Shown: in pieces, positions 28,780-39,200 of the stretch
Numbering within the stretch: position 1 is the first letter of the stretch
Layout: each line of letters opens with the position of its first letter
DNA from: Gemmatimonas sp.
GTDB lineage: Bacteria > Gemmatimonadota > Gemmatimonadetes > Gemmatimonadales > Gemmatimonadaceae
Length of the DNA stretch: 64,000 bases
Assembly: GCA_965279375.1 (NCBI GenBank)
Contig: OZ257156.1
Span: forward strand, 192,001 to 256,000
Reading direction: 5' to 3'
Notes under the pieces: generated by a model
The model's input: the letters and a program-made list of their open reading frames with translations, nothing else
Told to the model about the DNA's origin: nothing
Database searches by the model: none
Program-made: the position numbers and the translations under genes

Positions 28780-29880
28780 ATGTCCCGTTCACGTAGCGGA
28801 CTCGCCGCGCTGTCGCTCACCGCCGCCGCACTGGCGGGGTGCACGCTCCAGCGCGCGCAGCCGACCGCAGCCGCCTTCAAGTCGGCCGCGACGGATGATC
28901 ACATGAGCCACATGAGCGCCGCCGATATGGCGGCGCCCATGCGCTCGAGCAGTAACGGTTCCAACAGCACGTTTCAGGGCACGGCCGGCATTCCGGCCAG
29001 CAACGCGACGGCGGAGGCTCGCCTCAAGGCCAGCCCGCGTCACTCTGAATGGGTGAAGTTCCCCGCAACGCCGGGGTCGGCCGACTCGATCATGGCCTGG
29101 GTGGTGTATCCGGCCAGCCCGAACAGCCGCGCCAAGGCGCCCGTCGTCGTGGTAGTGCACGAGATCTTCGGGCTGTCGATGTGGGTGCGTGGTGTGGCCG
29201 ATCAAGTCGCGGCCGACGGCTTCATCGCCGTCGCGCCCGACTTCCTCTCGCGCGCGCGCGGTGGACCGAGCAACGTCGAACTCTCCGGCGACTCGGCGCG
29301 CAAGATCATCGGCGGCGTGAATGCCGCGGAAAAGAATGCCGTGATCAGCGCAGCAGCCAACTACGGCATGATGCTGCCGTCAGCGCAGCAGAAGTACGCC
29401 GTGATCGGCTACTGCTGGGGCGGCACGGCGTCGTTCGGCCACGCCGTCAACGGCGGCGTGAAGGGCTTTGCCGGTGCGGTGCCGTTTTACGGGGCGCCGT
29501 ACATGAGCAATGGCACACCGGCCACCGCGACCACGGCGGCCGTGCCGGGAGCCGTCAGCTCGGACTCACTCGCCAAGATCAAGGTGCCGGTGATGTTGCT
29601 CAGCGGCTCCAAGGACGCGCGCATCGGTGCGGCGATGCCGGCGATCGACTCGATCATGAAGTCGATGAAGAAGGAGTACTCGGGCACCAACTACGAGGGC
29701 GCCATCCACGGATTCCTGCGCGCGCAGGATGATCCAATCGCGCAGGGTCCGGTGCGTCCGGGCAGCACACCGCGCACGGCGGAGGACATGCAGGCCGAGC
29801 AGGCCGCGAATCTGGCGGCGGCGAAGGATGGTTGGGTGAAGACGGTGTCGTTTCTGAAGAAGAACCTCGGCGTCAAGTAA
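28780..29880 (+). CDS. Dienelactone hydrolase family lipoprotein
   Basis: HEIFG, GYCWGG, KD and IHGF; lipobox LAGC; GAGGAG before ATG 28780. Confidence 0.9.
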   Translation: MSRSRSGLAALSLTAAALAGCTLQRAQPTAAAFKSAATDDHMSHMSAADMAAPMRSSSNGSNSTFQGTAGIPASNATAEARLKASPRHSEWVKFPATPGSADSIMAWVVYPASPNSRAKAPVVVVVHEIFGLSMWVRGVADQVAADGFIAVAPDFLSRARGGPSNVELSGDSARKIIGGVNAAEKNAVISAAANYGMMLPSAQQKYAVIGYCWGGTASFGHAVNGGVKGFAGAVPFYGAPYMSNGTPATATTAAVPGAVSSDSLAKIKVPVMLLSGSKDARIGAAMPAIDSIMKSMKKEYSGTNYEGAIHGFLRAQDDPIAQGPVRPGSTPRTAEDMQAEQAANLAAAKDGWVKTVSFLKKNLGVK

Positions 29881-29887
29881 TCATCAG

Positions 29888-30811
29888 ATGAGCAACGTAC
29901 GAGTTGCGGTCGTGCAGGCCGCTGCAGTCCCGTTCGACCGCAACGCATGCGTGGACAAGGCGGTCCGCCTGATCGGAGAGGCGGCCGCCACGGGAGCGAA
30001 GGTCGTCGTCTTCCCCGAAGCGTTCATCGGCGGCTATCCGAAAGGGCTGGACTTCGGAACTGTCGTGGGGAAGCGCGACGTGGAAGGGCGCGAGGAATTC
30101 CGCCGTTACCACGAGGCCGCCATCGAGGTGCCGAGCGTCGAGACAGATGCACTCGGCGAAGCGGCGGCCACACACGATTGCTATGTGGTCATGGGCATCA
30201 TCGAGCGCGATGGCGGTACGTGCTACTGCACCGCGTTGTTCTTCGGCCCAACCGGCGTGCTGCTCGGCAAGCATCGCAAGTTGATGCCAACCGCGATGGA
30301 GCGGATCATCTGGGGCTTTGGCGATGGCTCCACGCTCACCACCGTCGACAGTCCATACGGCCCCATTGGATCGGTGATCTGCTGGGAGAACTACATGCCG
30401 ATGCTGCGCATGGCGATGTACGCCAAGGGCGTCACGCTCTACTGCGCACCCACGGCCGACGATCGCGACACGTGGTTAGCCACGATGCAGCACGTCGCGC
30501 TGGAAGGGCGGTGTTTCGTGCTCTCGTCGTGTCAGTTTCTGCGACGCGGCGATTTCCCCGACGACGTGCGTGTACGATTGGGCGACGCGCCGGATGACGT
30601 ACTGATGCGCGGCGGCAGCGTGATCGTGGGGCCGTTGGGACAGATCATCGCCGGCCCGGTGTTTGGAGAAGAAGCGATTCTCTCCGCCGAGATCGATCTG
30701 CAGGACATCCCGCGCGCGAAAATGGACTTCGATGTCGTGGGACACTACAGCCGGCCGGATGTGTTTCAGCTGGTGGTGAACGAGCAGGCGACGCGCGCGG
30801 TCAAGAGCTAA
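29888..30811 (+). CDS. Nitrilase (carbon-nitrogen hydrolase)
   Basis: FPEAFIGGYP, HRKLMPT, ICWENY (E-K-C triad) and GHYSRPD. Confidence 0.92.
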   Translation: MSNVRVAVVQAAAVPFDRNACVDKAVRLIGEAAATGAKVVVFPEAFIGGYPKGLDFGTVVGKRDVEGREEFRRYHEAAIEVPSVETDALGEAAATHDCYVVMGIIERDGGTCYCTALFFGPTGVLLGKHRKLMPTAMERIIWGFGDGSTLTTVDSPYGPIGSVICWENYMPMLRMAMYAKGVTLYCAPTADDRDTWLATMQHVALEGRCFVLSSCQFLRRGDFPDDVRVRLGDAPDDVLMRGGSVIVGPLGQIIAGPVFGEEAILSAEIDLQDIPRAKMDFDVVGHYSRPDVFQLVVNEQATRAVKS

Positions 30812-30814
30812 CAC

Positions 30815-33571
30815 CTACGGCTTCGCGGCCCGGAGCTGACGGGCCGCGAGCTGCTGCGCCAGCATCGCCTCGGTGCCAAAGCGCAGCGTCGCGGCGAGTG
30901 TGCGAGCGATCGAATCGGCGCGTGCAGCCTCGCCGGCTTGGCGCACCGCGTGAGCCAGCGACTCCTGCGGGACCGGCGTGCTGTCGAGTGCGACGCCACG
31001 CTCCATGAGCGGAATAGCGCTGCGAGCCTGACCGCGTGCCACCGCCACTTCGCCGCGCAGCAGCAGTGCGGCGCTCTCATGCCGAGCATTGCCTTTCACG
31101 GCCCGACGCCCGAGAGTGTCGAGCATCTCGCGCGCGGCGTCAGCCATGCCGACGCGCGCCATCGCCTTGCCGGCCCAGTACAGCACCGTCGGCTCGCTCA
31201 CGCCACTGCGCGAGACGGCGCGCACACGCTCCAGCTCTTTGCGGACACCAGCGCTGTCGCCGGCCAAGCCACGCGCCCACGCAAGCATCAGCCGCGCGCG
31301 CACCTCGCCGAGCGATTCCGTCTTCATCGCCTGGTGCGTCAAGGCAGCGCTGTCGAACATGGTGACTGCCGTGCGCGCATCGTCGCGCCACAGGGCCAGC
31401 AACCCTAACGAGCGATAGCCGCGCGCCGACTGCCCCGCCGAGCCACCGATCATGAGCCGGAAGACCGCAGCCGCAGAATCGGGGAAGCCCGCGCGAACGA
31501 GCGCCGACCCGTACTCGTTGTTCTGCACGACGTCGGTTCGCAGAGACGGATCGAGCGCAAAGGCGCGAGCGAACGCGCGACGGGCGGTCGTCCGATCGGC
31601 GTCGCTGTCGAGGGAATTCGCCGCCGCGGCGAGATTGATCCAGTCTCTCGCGTCAAGCGAGTCAGTCTTGAGCAGCTGGACATACAGATCGCGCGCCGCC
31701 GCACTGCGTCTGCCCTGCAGGAGGTCGAAGGCGAGCGATGATCTCGTGTCACGGTCGAGCGGATACGAGGCGAGCCAACGCTCCTGGATGGCGATGGCGC
31801 TGTCGGGCAGCCGTCGCCAGCGCGCCTGCAACGCCTCCGTTCTCATCGCTTCGCGGGCACTCAGTCGTGCGCGCAGCGACAGCGCACCCGCAATCGATGC
31901 CTCACCTTCTGCGGGCCGATTGAGCAGATACTGCAGCTGACCCAACGCCGAATGTGCCGTTGCGAAGCTCGAGTCGAGGGCGATGGCCCGACGATACTCG
32001 GTCATCGCGGAATCGTAGTTCCCCGCCCTGCTGTACCCATTGGCGCGTGTGTAGGCGCGCAGGGCACCCAGCGACGCCGTGGTGACCTCCGGCAGCGGCC
32101 GCACCGGTACGGACGATGTCAGCGATGCGCCGAGTCGGCGTTGCACGGCGCGCGAGAGCTTGTCGAGCGCAGGGAGCAGCGCTTCGTCGCTCTCCGCACT
32201 CGACTGCTCAACGGATATCGGGGTGCCGGTCGCGACGTCGAGCACGCGCGCCGAAAGCGATCGCTGTGGCCCCAGTCGCGCGATCGATGGCACGACCACG
32301 CGTCCAGCCCCGAGGCGCATGGCGATGTCGAGTGCCGTGCGCTCGTCGATGAACGTGCTGTCGGGAAGCCGCATGAGCTGCAACACTTCTCGTACCCGTT
32401 CGCGCGGTACGACGTTGATCTGTGCCCCCTGCGCGAGCGTGACCCCCAAAGCCATCGTCACGGACGCCGACGTGACAGCGTCGCGCGCTGGATCCTGCGT
32501 GTCGGCCACCAGCACCAGCGCGGGCGCCGATGACGCGCCGCGACGCGGACGAAGGACGACCCAGGCCGCGACGGCGACAAGAACGGCGGCGGCACCAACA
32601 ACGATCGTCCCGAAGCGCCGCGACGACGAAACTGCGGCTGCAGTTGGCGACTTCACTGATGCGTGCGCAGTCGGCGCCACGCCCGTATCGGCGCCTGCGT
32701 ACTCGCCCGCGCTCGCGCCTGTGCGCGCGACGGTGGCCACGACCTCCATCTCCGAGGCACGTCGGGCCGGCAGCGCCGCCATGGCCGCCGCGTGCTCGAC
32801 GGAGAGAGCGTCCACGCGTGCATCCGGTTCGCTTTCGAACTCCGCATGCAAACGCGCCTTGAGTCGGCGATACCGTTCGATGGCGTCGCGCAACGCCGTG
32901 CGGGTGCCGGGTGCGGCAATCGCCGCCAGCAGCGCAATTGCAGCGTCCGCATCCTCCACGTCCTCATCCAGCCACTGCTCACCCAGCGCCACGGCCTCAG
33001 TCGCGCGCCCCTCGGCCATCAATTGCGGCACCCGGGTTCGACACAGAGACACGAAGCAACCGGAAAGCCGCGCACGCTCGCGCGCCGTCCAGTCGTCGAA
33101 ACCGGGCGCGCGTTCCAGAAAGACGCCCGCGAGAAACGGCCCCGCGTAACACTCCACGGCACGCGCCGAGTCGCCGTTGGACAAGGCCGCTTCGAACTCG
33201 CGGACGTCGAAGCGAATCGGGCAGTGCGCCGCCAGCTCCACGTCCTGCACGCGCGAGGCGATGGCGTCTCGACCGAATGCCCGCCGGATGTGCGACAGCG
33301 CTTCGGCGAGATTGTGCCGCGCGCGTTCCGGCGGTTCCTCACTCCAGAAAAGCGTGGCCAGCAGCTCGCGAGAGACGGGTCTCGTCTGACCGGCGAGGTA
33401 GAGCAGCAGCGCGACCTTACGGCGTCGGCTGGCCAACTCCTGCAACGCACGCGCTTCGGTCTCGTTCGCATCGCTCCCGTCCAAGGGTTCGAGCGTGAGC
33501 CCGCCGAGCGCCCGCAGGAGCGCGCGCGGAGGAAGCGAGTTGGCTACTGCAGACGACAGCGGTTCGGTCAT
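30815..33571 (-). CDS. Membrane-anchored SARP/BTAD transcriptional regulator with C-terminal TPR region
   Basis: LRALGGL, ALLLYLA, SRELLATLFW, ARHNL and YAGPFL (wHTH+BTAD); one TM helix; TolB-N-like segment and TPRs. Confidence 0.85.
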   Translation of the reverse strand: MTEPLSSAVANSLPPRALLRALGGLTLEPLDGSDANETEARALQELASRRRKVALLLYLAGQTRPVSRELLATLFWSEEPPERARHNLAEALSHIRRAFGRDAIASRVQDVELAAHCPIRFDVREFEAALSNGDSARAVECYAGPFLAGVFLERAPGFDDWTARERARLSGCFVSLCRTRVPQLMAEGRATEAVALGEQWLDEDVEDADAAIALLAAIAAPGTRTALRDAIERYRRLKARLHAEFESEPDARVDALSVEHAAAMAALPARRASEMEVVATVARTGASAGEYAGADTGVAPTAHASVKSPTAAAVSSSRRFGTIVVGAAAVLVAVAAWVVLRPRRGASSAPALVLVADTQDPARDAVTSASVTMALGVTLAQGAQINVVPRERVREVLQLMRLPDSTFIDERTALDIAMRLGAGRVVVPSIARLGPQRSLSARVLDVATGTPISVEQSSAESDEALLPALDKLSRAVQRRLGASLTSSVPVRPLPEVTTASLGALRAYTRANGYSRAGNYDSAMTEYRRAIALDSSFATAHSALGQLQYLLNRPAEGEASIAGALSLRARLSAREAMRTEALQARWRRLPDSAIAIQERWLASYPLDRDTRSSLAFDLLQGRRSAAARDLYVQLLKTDSLDARDWINLAAAANSLDSDADRTTARRAFARAFALDPSLRTDVVQNNEYGSALVRAGFPDSAAAVFRLMIGGSAGQSARGYRSLGLLALWRDDARTAVTMFDSAALTHQAMKTESLGEVRARLMLAWARGLAGDSAGVRKELERVRAVSRSGVSEPTVLYWAGKAMARVGMADAAREMLDTLGRRAVKGNARHESAALLLRGEVAVARGQARSAIPLMERGVALDSTPVPQESLAHAVRQAGEAARADSIARTLAATLRFGTEAMLAQQLAARQLRAAKP

Positions 33572-33705
33572 GCAGCGACGGAGCCGAGGAGGGCGAGGCG
33601 AACGCGGGAGTGATCCGAAGCGACGACGGCGTCATGGATATCAACGGGCCTCGAACGACGCTGTTGAAGATGACGCAAATCGTTCACGTGCAATGGCTTG
33701 AACCT

Positions 33706-33737
33706 GTTGATCCGGCGTTGAGGCCCGGTCCCAGATT
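33706..33737 (+). promoter_or_regulatory. SARP-type direct-repeat operator and -10 box for the PEP-CTERM gene
   Basis: GTTGATC-4nt-GTTGAGG-8nt-CAGATT. Confidence 0.55.
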
Positions 33738-33811
33738 GGCCCTCGTTTCGCGACCACGCTGTCACCGCGTCACCTGTCTCCGGAGGAATGGTGTCTTCGT
33801 CCCTGTCCCAA

Positions 33812-34897
33812 ATGAAGCACGCGCGTCGTCTCACCCGCCAGTTAGTTCTGTGCGGCGTGACAGCCGTTCTTGGCAGTCTCGCGCCTACTGCGGCTCAGGC
33901 ACAGGCGTGTGCCGCGGGGCTGCTGTCCACCTACATCAATCCGACTGGGCCGGGCGGCTGCAGCATCGGTGGGGTCAATCTCAGCTGGGGGCAATTCGGC
34001 CTCTTCACCATCGATCCGACCTCGATCTACGCCACACCGCTATCCGGTACTAACACGCAGGGGAGCTATTTCGGGTTCCGCCTCCAGTCGGCCGTGCAGG
34101 GCAAGCCGATGCTGTCGAGCTCGATCACGGCCGCAGACGTTCGGGTCGCGAATCCCAACTACGACCCGAACGACCCGTCCTTTGGGCCCGAGTTTCTTCC
34201 GCAGATCCGGCCAGCAAACTTCAGCAACGGGTTCCTGAGTTGGCGTTTCAACCATTCGCTGACGGCTCCGAACGCGCTCACGCGGCTGGAACTCACGACG
34301 AAGGGCACCCAGTCCTCGTCGGTCAGTCAGGCGCCCATCATGCCGTCGTATTTGCCGAATGGGGAGCCCGATGTGGGCACGGGTTGTGGCTGGAGCATCA
34401 CCGACCCGCTGACGGGACAGACCTATTCCGCGCTGCAGACGTGCGGCTTCTTCCGCTCGGCCAGCAACAATGCGCTGTGGCGGGAGATCCAGGACAACAC
34501 GTATGCGCAAACGGTGTGGAATCGCACGGGGCAGTACAACTACCCCGACTACCTGACTGCGTACTGCCTCGAGAACGGGGCCAGCGCCAACCAGTCCACG
34601 AACGATTGCACGTCGTACCAGGATCTGGCCGGCGTGAACTTCGGGAGCTTTGTCTCGCTGAACTTGTCGCAGAGCGCGGGAGCGATGCCGCTGTTTGCGC
34701 CGTCCACGGATCTCGGGCTCATCGACCCGAACGATCCGAACTTCGCGAACTACGGCGCCTCTGCGTCACTCGATGAGGCCGAATTCCGCATCTACTACCA
34801 GCAGACGAACATCGTGCCCGAGCCGAGCACCTGGGCGTTGATGGCCGCAGGACTGGGAATGGTCGGCGTGCTCGCTCGCCGTCGCCGCACGAGCTGA
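33812..34897 (+). CDS. PEP-CTERM protein with unrecognised Cys-containing body
   Basis: Signal peptide ending AAQA; C-terminal VPEPSTWALMAAGLGMVGVLARRRR. Alternative start at 33788. Confidence 0.9.
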   Translation: MKHARRLTRQLVLCGVTAVLGSLAPTAAQAQACAAGLLSTYINPTGPGGCSIGGVNLSWGQFGLFTIDPTSIYATPLSGTNTQGSYFGFRLQSAVQGKPMLSSSITAADVRVANPNYDPNDPSFGPEFLPQIRPANFSNGFLSWRFNHSLTAPNALTRLELTTKGTQSSSVSQAPIMPSYLPNGEPDVGTGCGWSITDPLTGQTYSALQTCGFFRSASNNALWREIQDNTYAQTVWNRTGQYNYPDYLTAYCLENGASANQSTNDCTSYQDLAGVNFGSFVSLNLSQSAGAMPLFAPSTDLGLIDPNDPNFANYGASASLDEAEFRIYYQQTNIVPEPSTWALMAAGLGMVGVLARRRRTS

Positions 34898-34917
34898 TTC
34901 GCCGAGCGCTGTGGTCT

Positions 34918-36213
34918 CTAGGGCAGCTGCGCGTCCATCCACATCACACGGGCGCGCAGCCAGTCCTTGAGGGCGATCAGCTCGCCGTCGTAACTGCCGA
35001 AGACCGCACGATTGGGCCACACCCATGTGTTGAGGATGGGCCAGCGATAGAAGTTCTCGATCTGTTCGAGCCGCAGCTGATCGCCCCGCTCAAAGACGGA
35101 CGACAACAACGCGTCGACGGTGCCGTTCTGACGAAGCGTGCGCCTGCGCGCCGTCACCTGTGCCGCAAACGCGGGATCCTCGAAGAGGCGCTTGAACCAC
35201 GGCGCCCCGCGGATGTACCAGCCGGAGGTCTGCTCGGCGCCGAGGTAGTTGACGTTGCCCATGGCGATGTCGAAATCCCAGACCGGACCGAACGTGAGCT
35301 TGCCGCCACGCGGCTTGTAGAGATAGGTGCTTAACCGCAGGTTGCCGTCGACGTTTTTAAACAGCTCCTGCAGCAGGTAGTAGTCCACCGCTGACGGCAC
35401 ATCGATCATGCTGGCGTAGCCTGTCTGCGCGTCGCGGAACTGTGCGCCGAAAATGGCACTGTCGGTCTGTGCGATGTACCGCGAGATGTAGGCGCGCTGC
35501 TTCTCCCACCCGGGCTCGAGCAGGGTCTCGGGCTCCTTCACGCAGAAGATCATCGGCGTCATGGTCGAACGGGGGCAGAAGGCTTCGCCGCTGCGTTCGT
35601 CCACTTCGATCAGGTAGCCGCCGGAGACATTCGTCGCACTCGTGTCGCTGGCCTTGAGCGACGCGATGTTGACGCGCTCGTCGGCAATGCGGATGTGCTC
35701 CACCAGCTGATACACGCCTTGATACACGCCGTTGAGTCGCACACTGACGAACTGTGCGCGCGGTGTCCAGGCGAAGACGAGCTTGCGACTCAGATCGAAC
35801 GCAAGCTGGTTGCGCAGCAGCGTCTTGTCCGAGTAGTTGGCGAGCAGCACCCAATGGCGGCTGCTGGGCATGCCGAGCATGGGCGCCGTCGCGCCGAGCT
35901 TGAGCCGGTACGGCTTCTTGGGCATGGTCCACGTGCTGTTGCCACGCCCACGAATCTCGAGTGCCCCGCGCGCGCTGCTGTCGCCGGTGGTAGTGACGAT
36001 GGCCCAGCGGCCGGGCACATACGTTTCCGTGGAGACGATGCTCGCGCCAAAGTCGGTCGTGATCCGGAGCGTGGGCAGCTGGAGCGCCGCGATTTCCGGC
36101 GTCAGCGGAGGCGCGGGCGTGGGGTCGGTGATCGGCGCGGGTTGCTGATCGGCGCGACAGCCAAGCAGAGACGCCGCGAGAGCAGCGAGCAGGAGCGATG
36201 TGCGAGCGTGCAT
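34918..36213 (-). CDS. CotH kinase family lipoprotein
   Basis: Lipobox LLGC; RGRGNSTW, KKPY, WVLLAN, DKTLLRN, NVD and GPVWDFD; TATTCT 6 nt before ATG 36213. Confidence 0.9.
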   Translation of the reverse strand: MHARTSLLLAALAASLLGCRADQQPAPITDPTPAPPLTPEIAALQLPTLRITTDFGASIVSTETYVPGRWAIVTTTGDSSARGALEIRGRGNSTWTMPKKPYRLKLGATAPMLGMPSSRHWVLLANYSDKTLLRNQLAFDLSRKLVFAWTPRAQFVSVRLNGVYQGVYQLVEHIRIADERVNIASLKASDTSATNVSGGYLIEVDERSGEAFCPRSTMTPMIFCVKEPETLLEPGWEKQRAYISRYIAQTDSAIFGAQFRDAQTGYASMIDVPSAVDYYLLQELFKNVDGNLRLSTYLYKPRGGKLTFGPVWDFDIAMGNVNYLGAEQTSGWYIRGAPWFKRLFEDPAFAAQVTARRRTLRQNGTVDALLSSVFERGDQLRLEQIENFYRWPILNTWVWPNRAVFGSYDGELIALKDWLRARVMWMDAQLP

Positions 36214-36227
36214 GGGAAAAGAATACA

Positions 36228-36252
36228 GGGGAGACCATGGACTGGCCTCCCC
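36228..36252 (-). terminator. Hairpin after VPS10 gene 2
   Basis: GGGGAGACCA-tggac-TGGCCTCCCC followed on the minus strand by a T-rich tract. Confidence 0.5.
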
Positions 36253-36289
36253 CGTTTCGTGCTGCATGTCGCAGAGTGTTACGCCGAGA

Positions 36290-39200
36290 TCACATCTTCG
36301 GCGGGAACAGCTTGTCCAGCTCCTTCTTCACGGCGTCGAGTTCCGCCTTGAGTACCGTGTAGCGCGAGAGGGCGTCGCGGCCAACCTTCTGATCCACGCG
36401 CACCGTCATGCTGGACAGGTACTGAATGTGCGCCTGAATGCCCGGCTTTCCGTAGCGCACCGGCTGCGTGTTGAGCTTGCCGGAGAGTTCCTGCACCTTG
36501 GCCAGCGTGTCGGCCGCCGCGCCGGTCGCGCCCTTGAGTCGCGCTTCCTGCTGACGCGTGCGCGCCACCTGCGCGTTGGCATCGCTCACCAGCTCACGCA
36601 CCTTGCTGTTGTGCTGGTACTGCTCCTTGAGATCTGCAACCGTCACACCTTCGGCTTCGAGACGCGGATCCATCTTCACCGTGAACGCGACGGTCTGCGT
36701 GGTGCTACCGACGGTTAACCGCGCCTGATAGTTTCCCGGGGGCGCGCCGAGTCCGCTGGAGTGCTGCACGCCCCAGACGAAGCGATTCAGACCCGCAGCC
36801 TTAGTGACGACGTTGAGCGTCGGGCCGGCAGCACCGCCGCCAGGACGGCCGAACATCATCGCCGCTTCCGGGTCGTCCGGATCACCGCCACCACCACCGC
36901 CGCCACGACCACCACGACCTGCGGCCGGCGGCGGCGCATCGCTGCGATAGCTGTTCACTGGCGCGCCCTTCTCGTCGAGGATCTCGATCTTCACCGTGTC
37001 ACTCGGCGCGCTCGGGAGGAAGTACTCGAGCGTCGGGCTCAGGAACGCGGCACCCGCCTGCGTGCGATATCCGACGCGCGGCGAGTAGAGCGTGATCGCA
37101 CTGGCCGTCGTCTTGGGCGTGATCTGCTGCAGCGACGAGATGTTGTCGAGGATCCACATCGCGCGGCCCTGCGTCGCGACGACGAGGTCTCCGTTCTTGA
37201 TGCGGATGTCGTTGATCGGGACCTTGGGCATGTTCAGTTCGAACGGCTGCCAGTGTCCGCCGTTGTCGAACGAGATGTACAGGCCGAACTCCGTACCGGC
37301 GTACAGCAGCCCCGGACGCACGGGGTCTTCACGCACGACGCGCGTGGGCGCATCGGCAGGAATGCCGTTCTTGCCATCAGTGAGCTTGGTCCACGTCGCG
37401 CCGTAGTCGTCGGTGCGATAGAGGTACGGTGCGTAGTCGCCGAGCAGATAGCGGTACGCCGCGTAGTACGCCGTGCCCGCCTTGTGCGGCGATGCATCGA
37501 TCCACGCCACGCGTCCGCCGGTGGGCAGATCCTTCGGCGTGATGTTCTTCCACGTCTTGCCATTGTCGCGCGTGACATGGAACGGACCGTCGTTGGCACC
37601 GGTCCAGATGACACCGGCGGTCTTGGGAGACTCGCTGATCGCGTAGAGCGTGCTGTAGAACTCTTCGCCCGTCACGTCGCGCGTGATCGGCTCACCGCTC
37701 GCTCCCTGACAGCACTTGGGAAACGCCGTGAGATCCGGCGACATCTTCTCCCACGTCACGCCCTTGTCGCGTGAGCGATGCAGATACTGCGAGCCGTAGT
37801 AGATGATGCTCGGATCGTGCGGCGAGGTCGTCATCGGCGACACGCGCTGGAAGCGGAAGATCAGGTCCTGCCCCGCGTTGCCATAGAGCGACTGCCCACC
37901 AACCCAGTAGTTGCGCGACTGGCCTGTCTCGAAGCTCATGATGCTGAACTGACCTTTGCACGAGCCGTAGACGAGATCCTTGTTGCTCGGGTGCGGCAGG
38001 ATCGGCCCCGTTTCGCACCCCGGACCAACGCGCATCCCCTCGGTCACGAACGGGTCGCTCAGGCTGCTGAAGATGTACGTCGAGTTGTCCTGCTGCGCCG
38101 CGTAGATGCGATACGGGAACGCATTGTCCGTCGCGATGCCGTAGAACTCGGCCGTCGGCTGATTGCGCTGCGTGCTCCAGGTGCGACCGCCGTCGAACGA
38201 CACGTTGGCGCCGCCGTCATTCGACTGCACCATCGTGTTGCTGTTGTTCGGATTGACCCAGATGTCGTGGTTGTCGCCATGCGGCGTGCGCATGGTGACC
38301 ATCGTCTTGCCGCCGTCGGTGGACTTGAAGAACGACTCCGCGCCGGCGTAGACCACATCGGCGTTGCTCGGGTCGGTGCCCAGCGTGGTGTAGTAGAACG
38401 GGCGCTGCAGCAGCGCGCCGTTAGAGTTCATGAGCGTCCAGTTCGCGCCGGCGTCGTCGGAGCGATAGAGCCCGCCGCCCGGAAGCGCTTCAACCAGTGC
38501 GTAGATGCGCTGCGGATTGGCGGCAGTGACGCCAAGGTTCGCCTTGCCGATCAGATCCTTGGGCAGGCCGTTCATGCCGCGCGTCCACGTTTCGCCGCCG
38601 TCGGTGCTCTTGTAGAAGCCGCCTTCGCGCGAGCCGGAGATGATCGTCCACGGCTTGCGTTCGATGCGGTTCATCCAGGCGAAGAGGACGTTCGGATTGC
38701 CGGGCTGGATTTCAACATCCATGGCACCCGTGCTGTCGCTGACGAAGAGCGTCTTCTTCCACGACTTGCCGCCGTCGGTGGTCTTGTAGATGCCACGTTC
38801 GCTGCTGGGCTTGAAGATGTCGCCGTATGCCGCGACCCAGACGATGTCGGGGTTGGTGGGGTGAATACGGACCGCGCCGATCTGCCCGACGTTGTAGAGC
38901 CCCGCGAAATTCCACGTCGCACCGGCGTCAGTGCTCTTGTACACGCCGCGGCCGGTGGAGACGTTGCTGCGCACGCCGTCGGAGCCGGTGCCCAGATAGA
39001 CGACCTTTTCGTTGCTGGCCGCCACCGCGATAGAGCCGGAGGAGCCGAGTGGCACTTTGCCATCGGTGATGGGATTCCAGCTGACACCGCCGTCGGTGGT
39101 CTTGAAGACACCGCCGGAAGCGACGCCCATGTAGAACGTCTTGGGCTCGGAAGGAACGCCGGTGACGGTGGTGGCGCGACCGCCCACGGAGTGGCCGACC

